Part shown: positions 30,258-41,099 of the stretch, in pieces
How positions within the stretch are numbered: the first letter of the stretch is position 1
Layout of the letters: each line of letters begins with the position of its first letter
Assembly: GCA_965222575.1 (NCBI GenBank)
Contig: OZ244958.1
Span: forward strand, 800,001 to 864,000
DNA: 64,000 bases
Source: Alphaproteobacteria bacterium
GTDB lineage: Bacteria; Pseudomonadota; Alphaproteobacteria; G965222575
Direction of reading: 5' to 3'
Program-made: the position numbers and the translations under genes
The notes under the pieces: model-generated
Told to the model about the DNA's origin: nothing
The model's database searches: none
The model's input: only the letters and a program-made list of their open reading frames with translations

Positions 30258-30971
30258 TTAAGAAGTGAGATAGTCCCCTGTGAGCGCATAGTAAATAGAC
30301 CTAGAGATATTGCAGGATAAATCTCCAATTCTCTCTATGTATTTTACTATAAATAATAGGTGTAATCCAGTGGGAAATAATTGAGCGTCTTGTTCAATAG
30401 CGGACATGAGGGTTTTTGAAAACTTACGATAATGTTTATCAAGGTCATGGTCGCGGTCTAGGAGGGCTGTGGTTTTTTGCAACATATCGGTTGCCTTCTG
30501 TGTTTGTTTTTCGTAGGTTTGCAGGGATTCTTCTAACAGTTGAAAGGCTTCCTGTCCGGCTTGATGCACATCTTGAAGATAGTCCGATATGGATTGTTCT
30601 GGCAGTGGAAACATTTTGTTTTGACGCGAAAGAATCTTGCGGGTGTAATTGCTGATGCGTTCAAGGTCTAGGGATATCTGTTGGCAAGTAATGATAAATC
30701 TTAAATCAATGGCTATGGGGTGACGCAGGGCGAGAAGCTTAATGGCGAAGTCTGAAATTCTGCCCTCTTTGCGGATGATTTTTTGGTCTAGTTTCCGACA
30801 TTCCTCTTTAGATAACGGTGCTAGTGCGTTGCTTAAAATCTTCAAACATAAGGCAAAATTTTTCTTTGTTGCTTCTCCCATCTCTAGGACCATAAAATGA
30901 AGGCGCACAAGCTCTTCATCGAACTTTCTCATGGTATGAGCTTTACTGACAGGAGGGAGTTTTGTCATCAT
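30258..30971 (-). CDS. phoU: Phosphate transport regulator PhoU
   Basis: PIAIDLR..DLERI and KYIERIGD..NI duplicated PhoU motifs; follows pstB. Confidence 0.9.
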   Translation of the reverse strand: MMTKLPPVSKAHTMRKFDEELVRLHFMVLEMGEATKKNFALCLKILSNALAPLSKEECRKLDQKIIRKEGRISDFAIKLLALRHPIAIDLRFIITCQQISLDLERISNYTRKILSRQNKMFPLPEQSISDYLQDVHQAGQEAFQLLEESLQTYEKQTQKATDMLQKTTALLDRDHDLDKHYRKFSKTLMSAIEQDAQLFPTGLHLLFIVKYIERIGDLSCNISRSIYYALTGDYLTS

Positions 30972-30977
30972 AGAGGA

Positions 30978-31748
30978 TTATCCGAAGCGGCCTGTAATAT
31001 AATCTTGGGTTTCTGGTTTATCCGGCGAGGTGAAGATTTTTTCCGTTAAATCTGTTTCTATAATTTTCCCCATATGGAAGAAGGAGGTATATTTTGAGAT
31101 TCTCCCGGCTTGTTGCATGGAATGGGTTACCACAACAATTGTGAAGTTGGATTTTAGGGTATCAATAAGTCGTTCAATGTTAGCAGTAGCAATAGGGTCT
31201 AAAGAAGAGCAGGGTTCATCCATGAGGATGATATGGGGTTTGACGGAGATACAACGTGCTATACAGAGTCTTTGCTGTTGTCCGCCTGAGAGTTGCGTCC
31301 CTAGGGTGGTATGGAGTTCGTCTTTAACTTCTTGCCAAAGTCCTGCTTTTTTGAGGCTATCCTCTACCATTTCTTGAAGTTCTGCTTTAGTTTTGTACAA
31401 GCTGTGAATACGAGGGCCATAGGCAACATTGTCAAAAATTGTTTTCGGAAAGGGGTTAGGTTTTTGAAAGACCATGCCGACTTGACGTCTTAAGATGCTA
31501 ACATCAATGTGTTTATGATATATGTTTGTATCATCAATAGCAATTGTCCCTGTTACGCGGCAGCGCTCAATCATGTCATTCATACGATTAAGACAGCGTA
31601 AAAAGGTAGACTTTCCACATCCGGAGGGGCCAATGAGGGCTGTGACTTTATTAGACGGCACAGATAAAGTAGCATTAAAAAGCGCTTGTTTTTCGCCATA
31701 AAACACACAGACATTTTTGCTTTGTATTTTAATCTGTTCGTTTTCCAT
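30978..31748 (-). CDS. pstB: Phosphate ABC transporter ATPase (probable ATG at 31748)
   Basis: [49 protein letters not shown]. Confidence 0.97.
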   Translation of the reverse strand: MENEQIKIQSKNVCVFYGEKQALFNATLSVPSNKVTALIGPSGCGKSTFLRCLNRMNDMIERCRVTGTIAIDDTNIYHKHIDVSILRRQVGMVFQKPNPFPKTIFDNVAYGPRIHSLYKTKAELQEMVEDSLKKAGLWQEVKDELHTTLGTQLSGGQQQRLCIARCISVKPHIILMDEPCSSLDPIATANIERLIDTLKSNFTIVVVTHSMQQAGRISKYTSFFHMGKIIETDLTEKIFTSPDKPETQDYITGRFG

Positions 31749-31750
31749 GA

Positions 31751-33010
31751 TTACCAAGTTTTTTGACTTTTGTGTCTGATGATGACCACTGTGATGTTGC
31801 ACAAAAACAGTACCAAGAGCAACAGAATGATAGCAATTGCTGTGAGTTCTTTGAAGCCTAATTCTGGATTACTTGCCCACATCATGACCTGTACGGGTAG
31901 GATTGTTGCTACGGACAGAGGAGTGGAGGGGGGCTGTGTAATGAAGGCAACCATGCCGATGAGTAGGAATGGTGCTGTTTCGCCGAAGGCTCTTGAGACC
32001 CCTAGGATGATGCCTGTTAGGATACCGGAAGACGCACCGGGTAAAATATGGTGCCAGATGGTTTGAAGGGGTGTTGCCCCAAGAGACAGTGCTGCATCTC
32101 TTAGCGTTCTTGGGACGGCTCTTAGGCTCTCACGGGAGGCTACGATGATAATTGGCAATACTAGCATTGCTGTGACGATACCGCCTGTTAAAGAGGAAGA
32201 ACGTGGCATATGCAAGTGGTGTAAAAAGATTTTCAACCCTATCATGCCGAACACAATGCTTGGGACGGCTGCGAGATTGTTGATGAGAATTTCTAAAAAG
32301 GCTTGAAACCGTGTTTTTTTGCTTACTTCCTCTAGGTATACTGCCGATAAGATACCAAGGGGGACACACACGGCGAAGGCTATGATGAGGGTATAGAAGG
32401 AACCGATGAAGGCGACTAATAGTCCTGCTGTTTCTGTTTCACGGCTATCAGTATTTGCGAAAAGCTGATAATTGAATTTTGTGTGGAGATACTGTCTTTC
32501 TTGAAGAGACTTTGCGAATGTTCCAAACACTTCCTGATGAACCGGAATGGATAAGCGTTTGGAGGGATGTTTTCGCCATTGGTCTAAAAATCCTGACGCC
32601 AACATTGTGATTTTCACCTTTTGCCCTATGTCTTCAGGATGGGACAGAATATACTTATGTACTGCTTCAAATCCGTAAGCGCTCACCAGTTTGTAGAGCA
32701 TTTTCTTGTGAGTGAAACTCGTTGCTTGGGGAAAAAGCTCTCTGAGGGATTGGTGAATGAGGGTTGTTGCATATGACCCTGAGTGATTCTGAATTTTATC
32801 CGGAGGGGGAATCAGCTCGGGGGATAAGGTAATGGGAAGGGTGATGTGGGTTTTTTGTAAAGCAGGCACGGCTTTTAAGGCTGTGATACCCACTAGGAGG
32901 AGAAACACAGAAACTGAGATGACAATAGACAGGAGACAGGTGGTATGGAATACCTTCTCCCATAGCATTCTTTTGCTTTGATTCTGTGGGTTGATGAAGA
33001 GACTAGGCAT
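31751..33010 (-). CDS. pstA: Phosphate ABC transporter permease PstA
   Basis: [27 protein letters not shown]. Confidence 0.94.
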   Translation of the reverse strand: MPSLFINPQNQSKRMLWEKVFHTTCLLSIVISVSVFLLLVGITALKAVPALQKTHITLPITLSPELIPPPDKIQNHSGSYATTLIHQSLRELFPQATSFTHKKMLYKLVSAYGFEAVHKYILSHPEDIGQKVKITMLASGFLDQWRKHPSKRLSIPVHQEVFGTFAKSLQERQYLHTKFNYQLFANTDSRETETAGLLVAFIGSFYTLIIAFAVCVPLGILSAVYLEEVSKKTRFQAFLEILINNLAAVPSIVFGMIGLKIFLHHLHMPRSSSLTGGIVTAMLVLPIIIVASRESLRAVPRTLRDAALSLGATPLQTIWHHILPGASSGILTGIILGVSRAFGETAPFLLIGMVAFITQPPSTPLSVATILPVQVMMWASNPELGFKELTAIAIILLLLVLFLCNITVVIIRHKSQKTW

Positions 33011-34217
33011 ATTTTCTTGTTTGGGCTTTCACAAAAGAAAAGGCGATGGAGTTGAGAATAAAGGTGAGGAAGAACAAAGTAAACCCTAGTGCAAAGGCTG
33101 ATAAGGTGCGCGGGTCGTTAAAGGCTTGGTCTCCTGTGAGAAGAGTGACAATCTGAACAGTGACTGTGGTCATGGCTTCCAGAGGATTTAAGGTGAGATT
33201 CCCTATGGTGCCTGCGGCCATGACCACAATCATTGTTTCTCCGATACCGCGGCAAATGCTGAGTAGGAAAGCTGAGACGACTCCAGAGGTTGCTGCTGGC
33301 AAGACAATGAATAAGGACACTTCGCGCTTTGTTGCCCCAAGGGCGAAGCCGCCGGAGCGTAAATCTTGTGGCACAGATAATAAGGCATCATTGGCTAAGG
33401 AAGCTAAAATAGGCATAATCATAAACCCCATGGTTAATCCTACAGCTAATGCGCTCTCAGGGGCAATCTCAACGCCAAGATTTTGCAGTACCGTTTTGAT
33501 AAAAGGAGAAATTGCCGTCACGGCAAAATAACCATAGACCACTGTTGGCACCCCCGCTAGCATTTCAATTAAAGGCTTTACAATCCCCCGCCCCCGCCGC
33601 GTGGCGTACTCTGATAGATAAATGGCGGATAAAAGACCGAGAGGAGCTGCTAGTAAAATTGCAATCAAAGAGGTCATAAACGTTCCCCAAAACAAAGGGA
33701 GCATGCCAAATCCTTCCGATATTACACGGCCGTCTTCAATGCTCACAAAAGCTTGGGAAGACCATTTTGTCCCAAAGAAAAAATCTCTTAAGGGAATCGT
33801 GTCAAAGAATAACAACGTCTCAAATGAAAGAGAAAATAAGATGCCAAAGGTAATGACTAAAGTCATCAGGGAGAGAAGAATTAACCCTTTTTTGACAAGC
33901 TTTTCTAAATGCCTTTGTGGGTTGAAATTGTGCGGTAGAAAATAAATCCTTCCTACTACAGCAAGAAAGCCTATGACACTGGAGGCTAAGGTGACAGACC
34001 CTAGAGATAATACTCCCTTAAAGACAAACAGTCCAAGAACAATGCCAAGTCCGTAAGTGGACAGACTAGCAGCAAGATAAAATGTAAGAGCATACAAGCC
34101 AAGAGTGGAAGCTCTCACAGGGAGAGACAATGTAGCGGCTTTCTTAAGGCCAAAGAAGTATGAAAATACCCCTATGACCAATAAGAAGATAACAAAGGAT
34201 GCAAGAAAGATTCCCAT
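33003..34217 (-). CDS. pstC: Phosphate ABC transporter permease PstC
   Basis: AIYLSEYA, LAGVPTVVYG, RGIGETMIVVMAAG. Confidence 0.94.
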   Translation of the reverse strand: MGIFLASFVIFLLVIGVFSYFFGLKKAATLSLPVRASTLGLYALTFYLAASLSTYGLGIVLGLFVFKGVLSLGSVTLASSVIGFLAVVGRIYFLPHNFNPQRHLEKLVKKGLILLSLMTLVITFGILFSLSFETLLFFDTIPLRDFFFGTKWSSQAFVSIEDGRVISEGFGMLPLFWGTFMTSLIAILLAAPLGLLSAIYLSEYATRRGRGIVKPLIEMLAGVPTVVYGYFAVTAISPFIKTVLQNLGVEIAPESALAVGLTMGFMIMPILASLANDALLSVPQDLRSGGFALGATKREVSLFIVLPAATSGVVSAFLLSICRGIGETMIVVMAAGTIGNLTLNPLEAMTTVTVQIVTLLTGDQAFNDPRTLSAFALGFTLFFLTFILNSIAFSFVKAQTRKYA

Positions 34218-34251
34218 CGGCGTATTTAATGGGAGGGGTTGGCTTGGCTTA

Positions 34252-35280
34252 TTATAGGCTTTTGATGGTTGCCTGTAGGGACTTGCGTTTTTCAGGAGAT
34301 AGAGGGGTTAAGCCCTTTCCCATGAGATAGCCCTCTTGACCAATGGCTTCTTCAGCAACAAAGGCGCGGATGTATTCAAGCAGTCCCACGATTTTCCCAA
34401 TGTGTGCTTTCTTCACATAGAAAAACAGGGAGCGTGCAAGCTTGTACTGTCCGTTTAGGACTGTTTCAAAGGAGGGCTTTACGCCTTCTACTGCTATGCC
34501 TTTGAGAAGATGAGAGTTACTGAAAAGGAAGCTGAAGCCTAGAATGCCAATGGTGTCCTTGTCTGTAGACAATTTTTGGACAATCAAGTTATCATTCTCT
34601 CCGGATTCGATGTAGAGGTCTTCACGTAGCAAGGCGGCTTCTTTTTTGAAGGCATTTTTATTTTTTGAGGCAAGGGTATTGTAGTAAGGCACTTGTTTTC
34701 CTCCTGTGTGCATGGCGAGTTCTACAAAAGCATCTCGGGTACCAGAAGTCAAAGGAGGCCCTAACACGCGGATTTTTTGTACCGGTAGAGAGGCATTAAG
34801 GTCAGACCATTTTTTGTAGGGGTTATCAATGACCTTGACAGATGATGCAGGGGTTTGCGCTGCGAGTGCAAGGAAGATATCTTTTAACGATAGTGAGAAA
34901 TCACGTCCTTTTTTGGAGATAGCTAATACAATGGCATCATATCCAATTTCTACTTCCACAATATTATGGATACCGTTGGACTGACAGAGGGTGCGCTCTG
35001 CGGTCTTGATAGGTCGTGAGGCGTTGGTAATAGAAGGGGAATCAAGGGAAGCAGAGGAGCAAAAAATCTTCATTCCTCCTCCTGTTCCTGTGCTTTCCAC
35101 TACGGGGGCGTTAAATTTTGTGGTGCGCCCAAAGTGTTCTGCTACCGTTGCGGAAAACGGAAAAACTGTGGAAGAGCCAACAATGTGTATGCTTGCCTGC
35201 ACTGTCAAAGAAGAGAATATTCCAATGACAAGTGCGCAGACGACAACTGTCATGGGAAGAAGGCTACGAAAAGTGTGCAT
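34252..35280 (-). CDS. pstS: Phosphate ABC transporter substrate-binding protein
   Basis: IVGSSTVFPF, ESTGTGGG, NASRPIK, GPPLTSGTRDAF; signal peptide. Confidence 0.94.
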   Translation of the reverse strand: MHTFRSLLPMTVVVCALVIGIFSSLTVQASIHIVGSSTVFPFSATVAEHFGRTTKFNAPVVESTGTGGGMKIFCSSASLDSPSITNASRPIKTAERTLCQSNGIHNIVEVEIGYDAIVLAISKKGRDFSLSLKDIFLALAAQTPASSVKVIDNPYKKWSDLNASLPVQKIRVLGPPLTSGTRDAFVELAMHTGGKQVPYYNTLASKNKNAFKKEAALLREDLYIESGENDNLIVQKLSTDKDTIGILGFSFLFSNSHLLKGIAVEGVKPSFETVLNGQYKLARSLFFYVKKAHIGKIVGLLEYIRAFVAEEAIGQEGYLMGKGLTPLSPEKRKSLQATIKSL

Positions 35281-35332
35281 GGGAAAGTACTTGCTTGGTT
35301 TTGCTAGGAACCCTTAAAGAGGATACGCCTTT

Positions 35333-35361
35333 TAAGTAGGGGAAATTTATTTCAATGTCAA
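35333..35361 (-). promoter_or_regulatory. Putative sigma70 promoter of the pst operon
   Basis: Minus strand TTGACA-17 nt-TACTTA, about 50 bp upstream of pstS. Confidence 0.45.
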
Positions 35362-35391
35362 CAAAAAAATTCCTTTTCGTAATTCCTTGTT

Positions 35392-36312
35392 TTATAAGGA
35401 TTTTGAGAGAGGATGATAGGTGTGCAGGACAGATTGAAGAGTACTTGTCATCACATGTGTGTAGATTTGTGTTGTTGAGATATCCTTATGTCCTAACAAA
35501 CATTGTAAAGACCGTAAATCTGCTCCTCCTTCCAATAAATGTGTAGCAAAGGCGTGACGCAATCCATGAGGTGACAACGCAAAGGGCAAGGCGCAAGATT
35601 TTCCAAGGGATTGGAGCAGTTGAAACACACGTTGCCGACTTAAGTGTCCTTTGCGTCTTGATGAGGGGAAAAGCCAGTGAGAAGAAGAGGATGCAAGAGA
35701 TTCATTGCGTTTGACAATCCATTTTTTTAGGGACTGTAAAGCGTTCTGTGACAAAGGGACAAGGCGTTCTTTCTGTCCTTTTCCTAAGACTGTGAGCATT
35801 CTCTTTTCTACCAGAGGCGGAGGATAGGGGAGGGCAATGAGTTCTGAGACTCTGGTACCGCTTGCATAGAGCATTTCTACCATCAAGAGATTACGTATAT
35901 TGTAAGCGGAAGGGTTAGTTTGGTAGTGGTGTTTTAAGGTGTTGAGCAGTGTCTCTACTTCTTTTAGAGACAAAACGTTTGGGTATTTCATCTGTCGTTT
36001 TCCCACGGGGGATTCTGTCCAAAGGTCTTTTTTCAGATGGCGTTCAGAGTACAAAAACTTCAAGAACTGTCTCATGGCAGAGAGTTTTCGTCTCTGTGTT
36101 GCTGGTGAGCAGGAGGAGGATAAGGATTGTTGATAGGCTAATAGCAGGGAGGAAGTGAGTACACTTGCGTGGAGACAGTGTTTCTGTTGGCAAAAGGCAA
36201 GGAAGCCGTTTAGGTCTGTTTTGTAAGCTTCTGTAGTTTTCAAGCTTGCGCCTCGTTCTGAGAGCATCATTTCTAGGAAAGGGTCAAGAAGAGGGTGTAG
36301 GTTACAAGCCAT
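35392..36312 (-). CDS. xerD: Tyrosine recombinase XerD
   Basis: ERGAS..T..AY, LYASGTRVSEL, GKGQKERLVP, SPHGLRHAFATHLL, LLGH.DISTTQIYTHV. Confidence 0.9.
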   Translation of the reverse strand: MACNLHPLLDPFLEMMLSERGASLKTTEAYKTDLNGFLAFCQQKHCLHASVLTSSLLLAYQQSLSSSCSPATQRRKLSAMRQFLKFLYSERHLKKDLWTESPVGKRQMKYPNVLSLKEVETLLNTLKHHYQTNPSAYNIRNLLMVEMLYASGTRVSELIALPYPPPLVEKRMLTVLGKGQKERLVPLSQNALQSLKKWIVKRNESLASSSSHWLFPSSRRKGHLSRQRVFQLLQSLGKSCALPFALSPHGLRHAFATHLLEGGADLRSLQCLLGHKDISTTQIYTHVMTSTLQSVLHTYHPLSKSL

Positions 36313-37921
36313 GCACCAGGGCGATTTGGACGGCTAGTTGTCTAGCTTTTGGTAAGAGGCCTGCTTTTTTCAATGTATGGACGATTTCAGCTAGTAAGGC
36401 GGGTGGGAGGTCTGTGAAGGGTGCCCCCCCAGTTGCGATGAGAATCAAGCACAGGCGTTTGCCTAGAGGCGTTTTAGGAGGCAAGGTGGATAACTGGTGC
36501 CAAGCGAAGAGCTGGGACTGAGAAAGGGTGAAGGGTTGAGGATTGGGGAAGTGGTTCCATTGAGGTGGGACGAAAATATTTTCGTCCAGTGCAGCGCTTA
36601 GGTGGTGGTAGAGGTGCTCTGTATAGGAAGAGGGGGTGTGAAGAGGGGAGTTGGGAGGAAGAGGTGTCCCATTGAGGAGGGCGTCGTAGGCGGGAGGTAA
36701 GGGCGGCAAGTTCAAAGAGGCGGCAAGGAGCAAGCGTGGGGGGAGTCTTTGAGCTTGCGCTTGCGGTGAGGTGAGAAGGGATTGAAAATGCTTTACATAC
36801 AGGGGTGCGAAGGATAAGAGGAGAGAGGGTGGTGTGAATAAGGACCAAAAGGCTTGGTGTTCTAAATAAGAATTTTGATTTAGTAACGCCATAGTGGCTG
36901 CAAGAGAGAGAAGAGATTGTTCATCAGGGCTTTCTTCTTCCGGTGGAGAGAGCGTGTTTAAGAACGACTCAAAATCAGTGGGAGAAAGAAGTCCTGTTTG
37001 AGAGAAATACAGTGCTCTTTTCAAGCGGGTGAGGCTTGGTAGAAAAGGAATCTCTACAAGTGTTTTTGCGAAAGGAAGAGGAGTGTGTGATAAGTCAAAA
37101 TTGATGGTTGGGGAGTTGTTAGAGAGGTCTATGGACGATAGGGTTTTTAAGAGGGCTGTGTGGAAAGCGGAAAGTTCTGTGGGAGGGGGAGGGGGGGGTG
37201 ACAAGGCAGGGGCGATGCTATCGGGGAAAAACGATAGAAGATGTAAGGTAAAAATGACCTCTTCCTCTAGGGTTTCCATTTTTTCTTGTAGGAGAAACTG
37301 AATATGCAAGTTTCCAAGGGCAACATTATTTCTCCAAAAGCCGCAGGCTGCACGCTTAGCTGTTGTCTGAGCATGAAAGGCGGAGTTTGTTGGCAACGCA
37401 TCTATGAGGCGACAAAAGCTTTCTGTTTTCCCTCTTAACAACAATGCGTCCACAAGATACTTTTTTGTCTCTTCCTGTGCTTCCTGAAAAGCGCCTTTTT
37501 GGTGTAGGGCTACAACGGAGGCTGTATCTCCTGCTTCAAAAAGCTTCTGTACTTGTAGTGCTTTAAGCTTCTGCAAAGAGTCTGCATCCATAGAAGACAG
37601 GACTCTTTCCGCAAGCAAAATTTCTCGTTTCATTTCCCATAATAAAGACGATGAGACCCGAGATGGTAGGGACGAAAACAAAGCGAGCATCTCAGGGGCT
37701 GCACTTCCCCTCCAAAGCACTTTATAATCGGTACTAGGAGAAAATAAGCCGGGAAAAATCACCTCTAAGACAGGAGACTCCTCTAAATGAGAAGAAGGGG
37801 GAGGAGAAGGGGGAAGAGGAGGAGGAGGAGTATGCTCTGCGGCAACCACAACATGCCCTTCTTGCAGTCCTCCTAACCCTACTACGAAAAGAATCCAAAA
37901 TATGAAGAAGAACTGTAACAT
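36302..37921 (-). CDS. Exported hypothetical protein (Pro/Leu/Ser-rich), xerD-associated
   Basis: 539-aa ORF with signal peptide overlapping the xerD start; LWRGS motif near the N-terminus. Confidence 0.65.
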   Translation of the reverse strand: MLQFFFIFWILFVVGLGGLQEGHVVVAAEHTPPPPLPPSPPPSSHLEESPVLEVIFPGLFSPSTDYKVLWRGSAAPEMLALFSSLPSRVSSSLLWEMKREILLAERVLSSMDADSLQKLKALQVQKLFEAGDTASVVALHQKGAFQEAQEETKKYLVDALLLRGKTESFCRLIDALPTNSAFHAQTTAKRAACGFWRNNVALGNLHIQFLLQEKMETLEEEVIFTLHLLSFFPDSIAPALSPPPPPPTELSAFHTALLKTLSSIDLSNNSPTINFDLSHTPLPFAKTLVEIPFLPSLTRLKRALYFSQTGLLSPTDFESFLNTLSPPEEESPDEQSLLSLAATMALLNQNSYLEHQAFWSLFTPPSLLLSFAPLYVKHFQSLLTSPQAQAQRLPPRLLLAASLNLPPLPPAYDALLNGTPLPPNSPLHTPSSYTEHLYHHLSAALDENIFVPPQWNHFPNPQPFTLSQSQLFAWHQLSTLPPKTPLGKRLCLILIATGGAPFTDLPPALLAEIVHTLKKAGLLPKARQLAVQIALVHGL

Positions 37922-37926
37922 GGTAA

Positions 37927-38079
37927 TTAAGGGGTGTTCAGAGGGGTAAACTGACTGGAGGGAAGAGCCTTTTTCACTTTGCGTTCTTGGGGGGTGATGA
38001 TGTCAAAAATATCAAAGGCCACGAGACCTCCGAGGATTAAAATGATAACAGACAAGAGAAGATAAATAAAGGATTTCAT
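37927..38079 (-). CDS. Small membrane protein (50 aa; below ORF-track cutoff)
   Basis: MKSFIYLLLSVIILILGGLVAFDIFDIITPQERKVKKALPSSQFTPLNTP*; ends 5 bp before the next ATG. Confidence 0.6.
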   Translation of the reverse strand: MKSFIYLLLSVIILILGGLVAFDIFDIITPQERKVKKALPSSQFTPLNTP

Positions 38080-38216
38080 GAGGTAAGGGACTTGAAGAAT
38101 TCCTCCGCTTAGTGTATCACTATCATCCTCCTGTTTTTACTTATTTTTTTTAAGGGTTCTTACTCTTCCGGGCGGGCTTTGCGTCTCTTACCCTGTCCTC
38201 CTGCATGGGGTATGGG

Positions 38217-38540
38217 TTAAGATTTAGGAGGGGGGGGTGTGGAGTTGAGCCAAGAGAAAAAGTCTTGTTCTGCTTTTGCGGGCAGGGCTAGAAGGGCGGG
38301 GGTTTCAAAGGGGTGGATTTTTTTCAGGTAAGTTGTTAGGGGGGCAAGTTTTTCTTTTGGTAATTTCAATAAAACGCCCCATTCTTCTTCTTGGTGAAAG
38401 ATGTTCTCAAAGGTGTACAGACTGTTGATACGCCAAATATTCACACAGCCACACAAGCCTTTGTTGAGGGCTTTCTTTCCTAAGCTGATAGCGCTTTTTT
38501 CCGAGGGGCATGTTGTGTATAAAAGAGAGATATCCTTCAT
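38217..38540 (-). CDS. cutA: Divalent-cation tolerance protein CutA (start 38540)
   Basis: LYTTCP, LCGCVNI, SLY, EEE, HPFETP; ATGA overlap with the ctaA stop. Confidence 0.88.
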   Translation of the reverse strand: MKDISLLYTTCPSEKSAISLGKKALNKGLCGCVNIWRINSLYTFENIFHQEEEWGVLLKLPKEKLAPLTTYLKKIHPFETPALLALPAKAEQDFFSWLNSTPPPPKS

Positions 38541-39541
38541 GAGGATACCTCCATGATACTGTAGATTCCCCCAATGAAGCCTATGAGCAGAACGCCGCCT
38601 ATTGTGTGGCAAACGCCTAAAAAAGGGGGAAGGTGAAACCATAGTGCTAGTAGACCGATACCAGCTTGAAGGCATAAAAGTACTCCTATGGTGCTTGTCC
38701 ATTTTTTTCCGTGACTTTGCCACCATAGTACCCCTCCTAACACCAAGGCTAGGAGGCCTAATAGTCGGTGGAGAACGTTGAGGGCTACAATATTGTAGAG
38801 TCCTTCCGGTAGAGATTGTAGGATATCGTCAATCACTTCTGTTCCCATGAAGAAGGTATCGTATAGTCTTCCTCCTTGTGTTCCTGCTAGAAGGCTGCCC
38901 ATGAACACTTGTAGAACAATGACTCCTAACAGGAAGCCTGTTGTTCCTTTGAAGAGGGTGTCTGTTGTTTGACGATACCTTATCTCCTTGAGGAGACTAT
39001 TGATGATAAGCCAAAACAGCAAACAGGCTAGTAGTAAATGCGCACTTAAAAAAAGCGCGTTGACTTTGGTATGGGAAAGACCGCTTTTGACCATGAACCA
39101 GCCTAGTGTGCCTTGTGCGCCTATGACAAGGCCTATGATGAGTGTGCGGGTTAGGAAGGCCTTGTGAGCACCTAATAATACTCCTCCCAGAAGGCCAATA
39201 AAGGAGAGTACGCCTAGTCCCCTTGCACTTAGCCTGTGAACATATTCTATCAGATAGAGTCTTTGAAAGGCTTCCAACTTCATATTGGGCCACAGGGCGT
39301 GAAATTGGTGTGTTCCTTTATAGTTCTGAAAAGCTTCCTGCCAAGAATCTGTGTTAAGAGGCGGTAACCAGCCTGTGAGAGGTTTCCACTCCACCATGGA
39401 AAGACCGGCTGTGCTGTGGCGTGTGTAGGAGCCGAGACCCACCACACATAAAGTCATAGCCCCCATGAGGCAAAGCCAGACAATAATCCCTTGTTTATTA
39501 AGGGCTAAACGCTGCTTCAAAGAGAAGTTTTGTGTAGTCAT
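38537..39541 (-). CDS. ctaA: Heme A synthase (COX15/CtaA)
   Basis: TR..AGLSMVEWKP..GWLPPL, EYVHR, GWFMVKSGL, conserved His residues in TM helices. Confidence 0.9.
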   Translation of the reverse strand: MTTQNFSLKQRLALNKQGIIVWLCLMGAMTLCVVGLGSYTRHSTAGLSMVEWKPLTGWLPPLNTDSWQEAFQNYKGTHQFHALWPNMKLEAFQRLYLIEYVHRLSARGLGVLSFIGLLGGVLLGAHKAFLTRTLIIGLVIGAQGTLGWFMVKSGLSHTKVNALFLSAHLLLACLLFWLIINSLLKEIRYRQTTDTLFKGTTGFLLGVIVLQVFMGSLLAGTQGGRLYDTFFMGTEVIDDILQSLPEGLYNIVALNVLHRLLGLLALVLGGVLWWQSHGKKWTSTIGVLLCLQAGIGLLALWFHLPPFLGVCHTIGGVLLIGFIGGIYSIMEVSS

Positions 39542-41099
39542 GGGTGGGGGCTTTGAAGAGGTTTTCTGTCTTACCGAACTCTACAATCTTGCCATTTTTC
39601 ATGACATAGCAGACATCTGACATAGACTTCACCACGCGTAAATCGTGAGAAATCAAGACATAAGCTAAGTTGTATTCTTTTTGTAGAGTATGCAAAAGCG
39701 TTAAAATATCCATTTGTACCACTGCATCTAGTGCTGAGGTTGGTTCGTCTAGTATCATAATTTTAGGCTTTAGCACCAGTGCTCTTGCAATGGATATCCG
39801 CTGTCGTTGACCGCCGGAAAATTCGTTAGGATAGCGGGTCTTGACGGCTTTGTCTAGTTGTACTTCGGCTAGGGCTTTATCGATGCGTTTCTCAATATTG
39901 AGGGGAGTTCCTTTCTCATGCACTCTCAGTCCTTCCTCTAAAATCTCTTTCACAGACATACGCGGGCTTAGGCTTCCCCAAGGGTTTTGCAGCACCATTT
40001 GTATGTCTTTACGCCGCGCGCGCATTTTTTTTGTAGAATAGGAGAGAAAGTTTTCCCCTTCGAATAACACTTCTCCTTTTTGGGGGCGTACAAGACGCAT
40101 GAGCGATAACGCAACAGAGGTTTTTCCGCTCCCACTTTCTCCTACAATACCAATGGTTTCCCCGGGATGTAGGTCTAAGGAAACATTATGGACAGCTGTC
40201 AACAGTTTAGGCTTGCTGAAAAATTTTGTGCCCCCACGAGCTTCATAGGCTAAATACACTCCGCGTGCTTGTAATAACGGAACAGGAGAGGCTTTCACCT
40301 CCTTCAATCTTTTTGGAAAAGAAGCAGACAATAACGCCGCTGTGTAAGCTTCCTTAGGGGCGTTCATAATGGTTTTTGTTTCTCCTCTCTCAAGGATTTT
40401 TCCGTCTTTCATAATGCACATATCATTACTAACGCGCTTAGCGAGGTGTAAATCGTGGGTGACAAACAAAAGAGTCATGGACATTTTCTTCTGTAAATCC
40501 AGTAGCAAATCAATAATCTGTTTTTCAATTGTGACATCTAGTGCTGTTGTGGGTTCATCTGCGATGAGGAGGGAGGGCTTATTAGCAACGGCTTGGGCAA
40601 TGAGAATCCGTTGTTGTTCTCCTCCTGATAACTGGTGAGGATAGGCGTACTGTTGGCTTTTAGGGTCTGATAACCCAATAGAGTCTAGAAGTGTGAGCAT
40701 CTTTTCACGCAGTATCTCTTTAGGTAAGCTAGGGTTATGAATCTTAAAGGATTCAATGACCTGACGACCAACTTTATGAAGAGGGTTGAGTGCATTCATT
40801 GGTTCTTGTGGAATAAAAGAGATTTTGTTCCCTCTTAGTTGGCACATTTTGCTTTTTTCTAATCCAATCATCTCCAAGCCGTCTACTTTGATACTGCCTT
40901 GTGCTGTTGCTGTGACAGAGGGCAAGAGGTCAATAATAGAGCGACAGGTCAAGGATTTTCCGCTACCGCTTTCACCGACGATACTTAAGCATTGTCCCTT
41001 TTGTAAGGAGAAGGATATGCCTTTTATGACAGGCGAGTTGTTTCCGAATCGCACCTTTAAGTCTTTTATCTGAAGGAAAGGCTTTGTTGTGTTAGGCAT
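39498..41099 (-). CDS. yejF: Peptide ABC transporter double-domain ATPase YejF (probable ATG 41099)
   Basis: Two GESGSGK Walker A motifs, YPHQLSGG and YPNEFSGGQRQR, ADEPTTALD. Confidence 0.85.
   Translation of the reverse strand: MPNTTKPFLQIKDLKVRFGNNSPVIKGISFSLQKGQCLSIVGESGSGKSLTCRSIIDLLPSVTATAQGSIKVDGLEMIGLEKSKMCQLRGNKISFIPQEPMNALNPLHKVGRQVIESFKIHNPSLPKEILREKMLTLLDSIGLSDPKSQQYAYPHQLSGGEQQRILIAQAVANKPSLLIADEPTTALDVTIEKQIIDLLLDLQKKMSMTLLFVTHDLHLAKRVSNDMCIMKDGKILERGETKTIMNAPKEAYTAALLSASFPKRLKEVKASPVPLLQARGVYLAYEARGGTKFFSKPKLLTAVHNVSLDLHPGETIGIVGESGSGKTSVALSLMRLVRPQKGEVLFEGENFLSYSTKKMRARRKDIQMVLQNPWGSLSPRMSVKEILEEGLRVHEKGTPLNIEKRIDKALAEVQLDKAVKTRYPNEFSGGQRQRISIARALVLKPKIMILDEPTSALDAVVQMDILTLLHTLQKEYNLAYVLISHDLRVVKSMSDVCYVMKNGKIVEFGKTENLFKAPTHDYTKLLFEAAFSP

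Noticed and set aside
35392..36312. Tyrosine recombinase as a possible island integrase or shufflon invertase for the giant gene
   Set aside because: Sequence and context fit housekeeping XerD; it lies 16 kb away and no inverted recombination sites were seen.
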